Source: a virus
Taxonomy: Duplodnaviria > Caudoviricetes
Strand: one strand, 5' to 3'
Virus record (IMG/VR): IMGVR_UViG_3300037692_000352
Location: 1-39,111 of that record
Length of the DNA: 39,111 nucleotides
Every line of letters starts with the position of its first letter. The stretch's first letter is position 1. The notes under the pieces are model-generated. The model was not told where the DNA came from. It saw nothing but the letters and a program-made list of their open reading frames with translations, and made no database searches. This document shows, in pieces, positions 34,349 through 39,111 of the stretch. The translations under genes and the position numbers were made by a program.

Positions 34349-34923
34349 CAGAGAATCGGGTCAGGAGGCAGGGTCGGCACGGTGCCGATCACGCCCTCCG
34401 GGAAGTCGGCTTTGAGGCGCTGCACATACCAGCGTCCGCGCGCCAGGACGTCCTTCGAATAGTCGCCGCCGGTGGTGGGGCGGTCGGGGTCGTCGCCACG
34501 CAGCAGCGCCTGGTACACGCGGTATGGACCCGCGTTGTAGGCGGCGATCGCCGCGCGCAGGAGCACGGGGTCCCGGATCTCCTTGCGGCGGAGGTAGCGC
34601 CAGCAGTCGAGCAGCACGCTCACGCCGTAGGCGATGTTGGAGGCGGCATCCGACCACGCGCCCGTCTCGATGTAGGTGGCATGCCAGCGGTCGTCGATCT
34701 GCATGAGGCCGTGGCCGTGGCCGTGGTCGCCGCGGCCGCCGGGACCCGCGATGTCGAGGAGCCGCGACGTGCCCCACGCCGACTCCCGCGAGCCGATGCC
34801 GAGGATGGTGGTCCGGAAGTGGCGGCCCAGGTCCTCGGACTCGGGCAGCGCTACGGCCGCCTTGACGCGCAGGATGTCGCCGTAGTAGCGGAGCGCCGCG
34901 TGGTATTCGTGGTCGGGAATCAT
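34348..34923 (-). CDS. Goose-type/SLT (GH23-like) lysozyme, probable endolysin or virion lysin
   Basis: SRES catalytic Glu, GHGLMQIDDRWH, AAYNAG, TTGGDYSKDVLARG. Confidence 0.9.
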   Translation of the reverse strand: MIPDHEYHAALRYYGDILRVKAAVALPESEDLGRHFRTTILGIGSRESAWGTSRLLDIAGPGGRGDHGHGHGLMQIDDRWHATYIETGAWSDAASNIAYGVSVLLDCWRYLRRKEIRDPVLLRAAIAAYNAGPYRVYQALLRGDDPDRPTTGGDYSKDVLARGRWYVQRLKADFPEGVIGTVPTLPPDPIL

Positions 34924-37523
34924 CGGCTCATTCCCGCGGCGTCGTAGAGAGACTGGACGCGCGCATTGACGGTGTGGAGGTCCGTGCCGCGGACGGTGAA
35001 CTGCTTGCCCTCGAAGGCCTCGCGCGTCGCTCGCAGCTCGGCGAGAATGGCCGCCGTGTCCATGGGCGCACCACCCATCCCTGCACCGAGAGGTATCGCC
35101 GGCACATAGGCGGCGGGCGACGGCGCCTGCGCGATCGAGCCGGACACGCGCTGTCCCGACCCCGCGGAGCCTCCGACGGTGATCTGGCCTCCCCCGCCGC
35201 CCGACCCACTGGCGCGGGCGCTGCCCACGCCGAGGCCCGAGAGGAGGCTGTTGAAGAGGAGGTTGAGGCCCGCGGCGATCGCCGGGCCCAGGAAGAGCGC
35301 CGCAGGGCCGGCGGCGGCCAAGGACTTCGCGATCGTCTCCGCCAACTTCGCCTGGATGATGGCGCGCACCCCCTCGATCGTGGCCTGCACCACGTCCTGG
35401 ATCGTGCGAATCTCCGTGTCCACCGATCCGAGCATGGACTTCAGCGTCTCCTCGCGGGCCTCGCGCTTGCGGGCCTCGGCGTCCACGATGGCCTGCGCCT
35501 CGCGTTCGGCGGCCGTCATGCGCTCCTGGTTCTTGGCCAGGATCGCCGCCTGCTCGTCGTCCGTGATGTCCCCGCCGACTTTCGATTGGTCGACACTCGC
35601 AGGCTTCCCCTTCGCGAGGGACTCTGCCCGCTGTGCCGCAATTCTATGGATGACCTCGCGGTTCTCGTCGATGAGGCTCTGTATCTCGCGCGACTCCTCT
35701 TCCAGGGCCCGCATGAGCTCGCCGTCGGAATCCAGAGTCTCCATCCATTTCTCGAGCTCTTTGTCCAGCTCGGAGACCGACGCCTTGGCGTCATCGGCCC
35801 CGTCCGCGACCGCGCTGAAATCGAGGGGCGCGAGGCCCTGGCGCTCGCGCTCCGTGTTGACCCACGCCTGCAGCGCCTTGACGTACTCACCCGTGGCGCC
35901 GGCCGCTACGCCCGCGTGCATGGAGATGGGCTGCAGCGCCACCGCGATCCCCTCCAGCGCGCGGCGGTGGCCGAAGAGATCGCGCTCTGCGCGGTTGATC
36001 TGCCGCTGATACGCGGCGAGGGCGCCGGTCGCGTCCTCGGTCGCGGCCTTCGCCTCGTGGCCCGCCTTCGCGTAGGCGTAGAGCGCTACGGTGTAGGCCC
36101 CGATGGTGCCGGCAATGCCCAGGGATGCCGCCCGCACCGCGGCGAGATTCCTCGCGAAGAGGAGCGCCGCCGCAGCAGCAGCCCGGAGCGCAGCCGCTAT
36201 GCCCCTCGTGAAGAGGAGCGCCGCCGGCGCTGCAACCCGAAACGCAGTCGCGATGCCCTTCACGAGCGCCGCGATCCGCCCGAGCGTCGAGAGGATGGGA
36301 CCCAGGATGAGGAGCAGGCCCCCCGCGGCGATCGTGACCTTCTTGGTCCCGTCGCCGAGCTCCGAGAACGCCTTCGTCCACGCGGCCACCTTGTCGACGA
36401 TCTTCTCAACGATGGGCAGAAGCTCGGCGCCCAGCTCGATGCCCGCGATGCGCACGTTGTTGAGCGCCCGCCGGAAGCGCTCGTTGGCCGTCTGGCTCGC
36501 TTTCCGGAAGCCCTCCTCGACGATGTCCAGGTCGGGACCGAGACGCCCCCAGATCTCGGACAGCTCCTCGGACTGCGACCCCAGGACCTGGAGCGCCCCC
36601 CGCATGGCCTCCTGGCTCGGCAGAAACTCGCGCATCGCCGCCGTGTTGCCGCCCGTCGCCTTCTCGAGGAGGAGCAGCGCGGGGATCAGGCCCTTCTCCC
36701 GGAGCTCGCGCGAGACGTCCTCGATGCCGATGGCCATGCCCTCGGTGTTCTTCTTGGCCTCCGCGAGCGGCGCGGCCAGCGCCACGATGAGCGCCCGGAG
36801 GTCGTTGGTCGCGGTCGCCGCGTCCTTGCCCTGGCGCGAGTACGTGGCGACGAACGCCGCGACGTCGCGGAACGACACGCCGGCCGCGGCCGCAAAGCCG
36901 GTCACGTTCGTGAGCGCCCCCGCCAGTTCGGTGGTCTCCAGCTGTCCCTCGCGCACGGCGCCGGCGATGAGCTCCAGGGCACGCGCCGCCGTGAGACCCT
37001 CCTTGGCGTAGGCGGTCGTGACCTTGAGCAGCGTCGTGGCCACCACGTCCACCTCGCCGAGGCCTACGACGCTCGCCTTGGCCGCAGCCTCCAGCACCCG
37101 CAGGGCTTCCGCGCCTCGGAGGCCGTTCGACGTCACCAGGAACAGCGCCTTCGCGAGCTCGCCGGGACCGCGCCCCGTGGCGCGCGATATCGCGAGGGTG
37201 CCGTCGCGAAGCTCCTTCAGGCTGTCGCCCGTGATGCCGACGAGGTTCTCGATCCGCGAGAACTCGGTCTCCAGGTCCGCGGCCATTTTCACCGCCGCGC
37301 CGCCGGCAGCCAGGAGTGGCAGCGTCAGCGTCCGCGTCATCCGGTCTCCGATGCGGCGCAGCGATGCCGAGACGCGCTCTACCGACGCCGCGAACGCCTT
37401 GAACGCCGAATCGCTCATCTTGACGCGCGACTCCACGCCCCGCATGTCGCCCTCCAGCGCCTCGACGCGAACCTCGGCGCTCTGCGAGTCGATCTCGTAT
37501 CGGACCTTTACCGTCTCTGCCAT
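34920..37523 (-). CDS. Tail tape measure protein (TP901-like core), 867 aa
   Basis: ATG at 37523 (MAETVKVRY); MTRTLTLPLLAAGGAAVKMAADLE, Ala-rich helical repeats. Confidence 0.92.
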   Translation of the reverse strand: MAETVKVRYEIDSQSAEVRVEALEGDMRGVESRVKMSDSAFKAFAASVERVSASLRRIGDRMTRTLTLPLLAAGGAAVKMAADLETEFSRIENLVGITGDSLKELRDGTLAISRATGRGPGELAKALFLVTSNGLRGAEALRVLEAAAKASVVGLGEVDVVATTLLKVTTAYAKEGLTAARALELIAGAVREGQLETTELAGALTNVTGFAAAAGVSFRDVAAFVATYSRQGKDAATATNDLRALIVALAAPLAEAKKNTEGMAIGIEDVSRELREKGLIPALLLLEKATGGNTAAMREFLPSQEAMRGALQVLGSQSEELSEIWGRLGPDLDIVEEGFRKASQTANERFRRALNNVRIAGIELGAELLPIVEKIVDKVAAWTKAFSELGDGTKKVTIAAGGLLLILGPILSTLGRIAALVKGIATAFRVAAPAALLFTRGIAAALRAAAAAALLFARNLAAVRAASLGIAGTIGAYTVALYAYAKAGHEAKAATEDATGALAAYQRQINRAERDLFGHRRALEGIAVALQPISMHAGVAAGATGEYVKALQAWVNTERERQGLAPLDFSAVADGADDAKASVSELDKELEKWMETLDSDGELMRALEEESREIQSLIDENREVIHRIAAQRAESLAKGKPASVDQSKVGGDITDDEQAAILAKNQERMTAAEREAQAIVDAEARKREAREETLKSMLGSVDTEIRTIQDVVQATIEGVRAIIQAKLAETIAKSLAAAGPAALFLGPAIAAGLNLLFNSLLSGLGVGSARASGSGGGGGQITVGGSAGSGQRVSGSIAQAPSPAAYVPAIPLGAGMGGAPMDTAAILAELRATREAFEGKQFTVRGTDLHTVNARVQSLYDAAGMSR

Positions 37524-37876
37524 GCCCTCCTCCACAGGATGCGGGCGCGCGCCGACGCCACGAGCCACCGGGCTCGCCACAGGGCGCGGCGGAGCGCGGG
37601 CATGAGGTCCTCGACGGGCGCCACCTGGATCCGGATCGTCTCGGCAGCGATGAGCCGCAGGATGAGGGGCCGCAGCTCCTTCTGTCGCCACGTGCGGGCG
37701 AGGCTCCACCTCGGGCGCGCCGTGACGCTGCGGATGACGCGCCACGCCTCGCGGTCCCCCGGGTAGCGGATGTCCTCGAAGTCGCCCGCCAGGGTGCGCA
37801 CGGCGTCGAGACCCAGGGCCTCGCAGAACACCTTCCACGTGCGCGTCTCGATATGCCGGCGGTGGCGGACGATCAT
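37508..37876 (-). CDS. Hypothetical Arg/Trp-rich protein upstream of tape measure
   Basis: ATGA overlap with the upstream gene; fills the gap. Confidence 0.55.
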   Translation of the reverse strand: MIVRHRRHIETRTWKVFCEALGLDAVRTLAGDFEDIRYPGDREAWRVIRSVTARPRWSLARTWRQKELRPLILRLIAAETIRIQVAPVEDLMPALRRALWRARWLVASARARILWRRAWQRR

Positions 37877-38355
37877 CGCGTCCTCCGCGTCCGGTCCTCG
37901 GCGTCCTCAGCGTCCATGGCGTGGAGGTTCTGGAGGTGGAACCACGAGAGAACCTCGCCGAGGGGCGCGTCGAGCGCCGCGCGGTACTCGCCGAGGGAGA
38001 GGCCGCCGAGCGCCTTCAGGAGCGGCGAAGTCTTGCCGCGAGCCGGCACCCCCGACGTCTCCCACAGGGGGGTCATCGTGCGCGCGGCGTCGTCGACGGC
38101 GACCGCCACGCCCGCAGCCACAGCGCCCGCGAGCATGCGCCCGAAGGCCAGGTCCTCGGAGAGCGATTCCGTGCGGCGCTTGGACACCGTGAAGTACGAC
38201 AGCGCTTCGAGGTCGCGCCCCGTGTCGGGACCCACAGGCGCCTCCAGGAGCGCCGCGCCACGCGTCGTGATCGCCACGTCCACGGAGACGCCGAGGACGC
38301 CGCAGGCCGCGACGAGAGTCCGCGCGGTGATCGGGGATCGGAGCCGCGCCTGCAT
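37873..38355 (-). CDS. Putative tail assembly chaperone
   Basis: Position between tail tube and tape measure genes; product by synteny only. Confidence 0.55.
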   Translation of the reverse strand: MQARLRSPITARTLVAACGVLGVSVDVAITTRGAALLEAPVGPDTGRDLEALSYFTVSKRRTESLSEDLAFGRMLAGAVAAGVAVAVDDAARTMTPLWETSGVPARGKTSPLLKALGGLSLGEYRAALDAPLGEVLSWFHLQNLHAMDAEDAEDRTRRTR

Positions 38356-38364
38356 GGCCGCCTC

Positions 38365-38784
38365 TTAGACGTCCTTGGCGATGTCCGCGTAGGCCGCCGC
38401 GATGATCGTGTACATCAGGTCGAGGTACGGACGCCCGTCACGGATGGAGCGCGCGCCCGTCTCGGCGACGGACCCCGTGATGCCGTTCGGACCGCCGATG
38501 AAGATCGCGGAGCCCGCGAAAGGCGTCAATTCGATCCAAAAAGGCGTGTTCACGGCGGGGATGCCCGCGGCGCCGATGAGGTGGCGGATGTTGCCCGACC
38601 ACTCGTAGGCGTCGATTAAGAAGCTGTTGTCCGCCATCTCCGACTCGAGGACGGTCGGGTTCGGGAGGACGTCCGTCGAGTCGAGGAGGATCTCGTCGAT
38701 CGGGACGGTCGTCCAGGTCCCCGTCTCCAGGGTCCAGTCGAAGTCGATGGAGATGCGGATCTGCTGGAATCCGACGGTTGCCAT
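38365..38784 (-). CDS. Putative tail tube protein B (139 aa)
   Basis: Synteny; beta-rich; paralog of the origin-spanning gene. Confidence 0.65.
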   Translation of the reverse strand: MATVGFQQIRISIDFDWTLETGTWTTVPIDEILLDSTDVLPNPTVLESEMADNSFLIDAYEWSGNIRHLIGAAGIPAVNTPFWIELTPFAGSAIFIGGPNGITGSVAETGARSIRDGRPYLDLMYTIIAAAYADIAKDV

Positions 38785-38796
38785 GGGTCCTCAGGG

Positions 38797-38984
38797 TTAG
38801 GTCGCCGCCTTGATGCCGTCGCCGGTCGTGGCCGCGGTGAACGTGTAGCGGATGATGGTGCGGGCGCTCCCCTCGGACAGCGCCCGCGGGCCGGAGCGGC
38901 CGAGCGAGCAGAGCGCGCCGTTGGGACCGCCCATGACGCGGGCCGTCACGCCGTCGAGGCCCGTGATCCGGAACCACGTCGGGG
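38797..38984 (-). CDS. 3' part of putative tail tube protein A (joins 229..1)
   Basis: ...TPTWFRITGLDGVTARVMGGPNG...IKAAT stop at 38797. Confidence 0.75.
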
Positions 38985-39111
38985 TGTTCTCCGCGGGAAG
39001 CGGCGTCGTGGCGACGTCGACGGGGATCGCGCCCCGCCAGCGCATGCCGTTCTGGCGCACGTTGCCGTCGACGGTCTCCTCGCGGAAGACCTCGGGCGTC
39101 GCCGGCTCCCA
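38985..39111 (+). repeat. Terminal direct repeat (copy 2)
   Basis: Identical to 1-127. Confidence 0.95.

Larger units (their letters stand above)
1..39111. mobile_element. Complete circular temperate phage genome (siphovirus-like, HK97-type head), unit length 38,984 bp
   Basis: Full set of packaging, head, tail, lysis, replication, repressor and integrase genes; the termini overlap exactly; no host genes seen. Confidence 0.95.

Noticed and set aside
28295-34462. 2055-aa plus-strand ORF
   Set aside because: Antisense shadow of the 1957-aa tail gene; Arg/Gly/Val-rich with no motifs, as expected from high-GC codon bias
34974-37766. 930-aa plus-strand ORF (also 1957..4020 +, 16610..18304 -, 22704..24092 - and similar)
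   Set aside because: Antisense shadows of tape measure, capsid, ATPase and integrase genes
37508-38355. Programmed -1 frameshift in tail assembly chaperones
   Set aside because: The two ORFs are joined by an ATGA overlap and I saw no XXXYYYZ slippery site near the junction

Overview
This window is an apparently complete, circularly assembled temperate tailed-phage genome. Bases 1-127 are identical to 38985-39111, giving a unit length of 38,984 bp, and the sequence is high-GC (about 70% by eye). The minus strand carries the late genes. In transcription order these are a 3-TM holin, TerS, TerL, a portal fused to a MuF domain, an HK97 prohead protease, a major capsid with an unusual hydrophobic N-terminus, head-tail joining proteins, two paralogous tail-tube-like genes, tape measure, a goose-type lysozyme, a 1957-aa tail protein with a beta-propeller, fibre/accessory proteins and small membrane proteins. 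A divergent switch (wHTH-S24 repressor versus a ribbon-helix-helix Cro analogue) drives the plus-strand early operon. That operon encodes a CII-like protein, a PD-(D/E)XK nuclease, a T7 gp2.5-like SSB, a NinB-like protein, an initiator, DnaB, a sigma factor, an SMC-like ATPase, a DnaA domain IV protein, a DNA methylase, a HigA-like protein, VRR-NUC, excisionase and a tyrosine integrase. It is followed by attP, which carries the 3' half of tRNA-Lys(UUU). Four observations stand out. (1) An array of small, lower-GC gene cassettes (21019-22638) is separated by a conserved palindrome-plus-Shine-Dalgarno repeat, CCGCCC(A/G)CGGGCGGGGAGGG, just upstream of xis/int. (2) The phage encodes a CREST/alkaline-ceramidase-like membrane hydrolase. 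(3) A three-copy late promoter motif, TTGGTC-N16-CGTACCTT-N3-CGTGWCA, may be read by the phage sigma factor. (4) The capsid protein starts with a signal/TM-like segment. A high-GC FCB host (e.g. Rhodothermota) is inferred, not shown. All product calls come from reading motifs by eye; no database searches were run.
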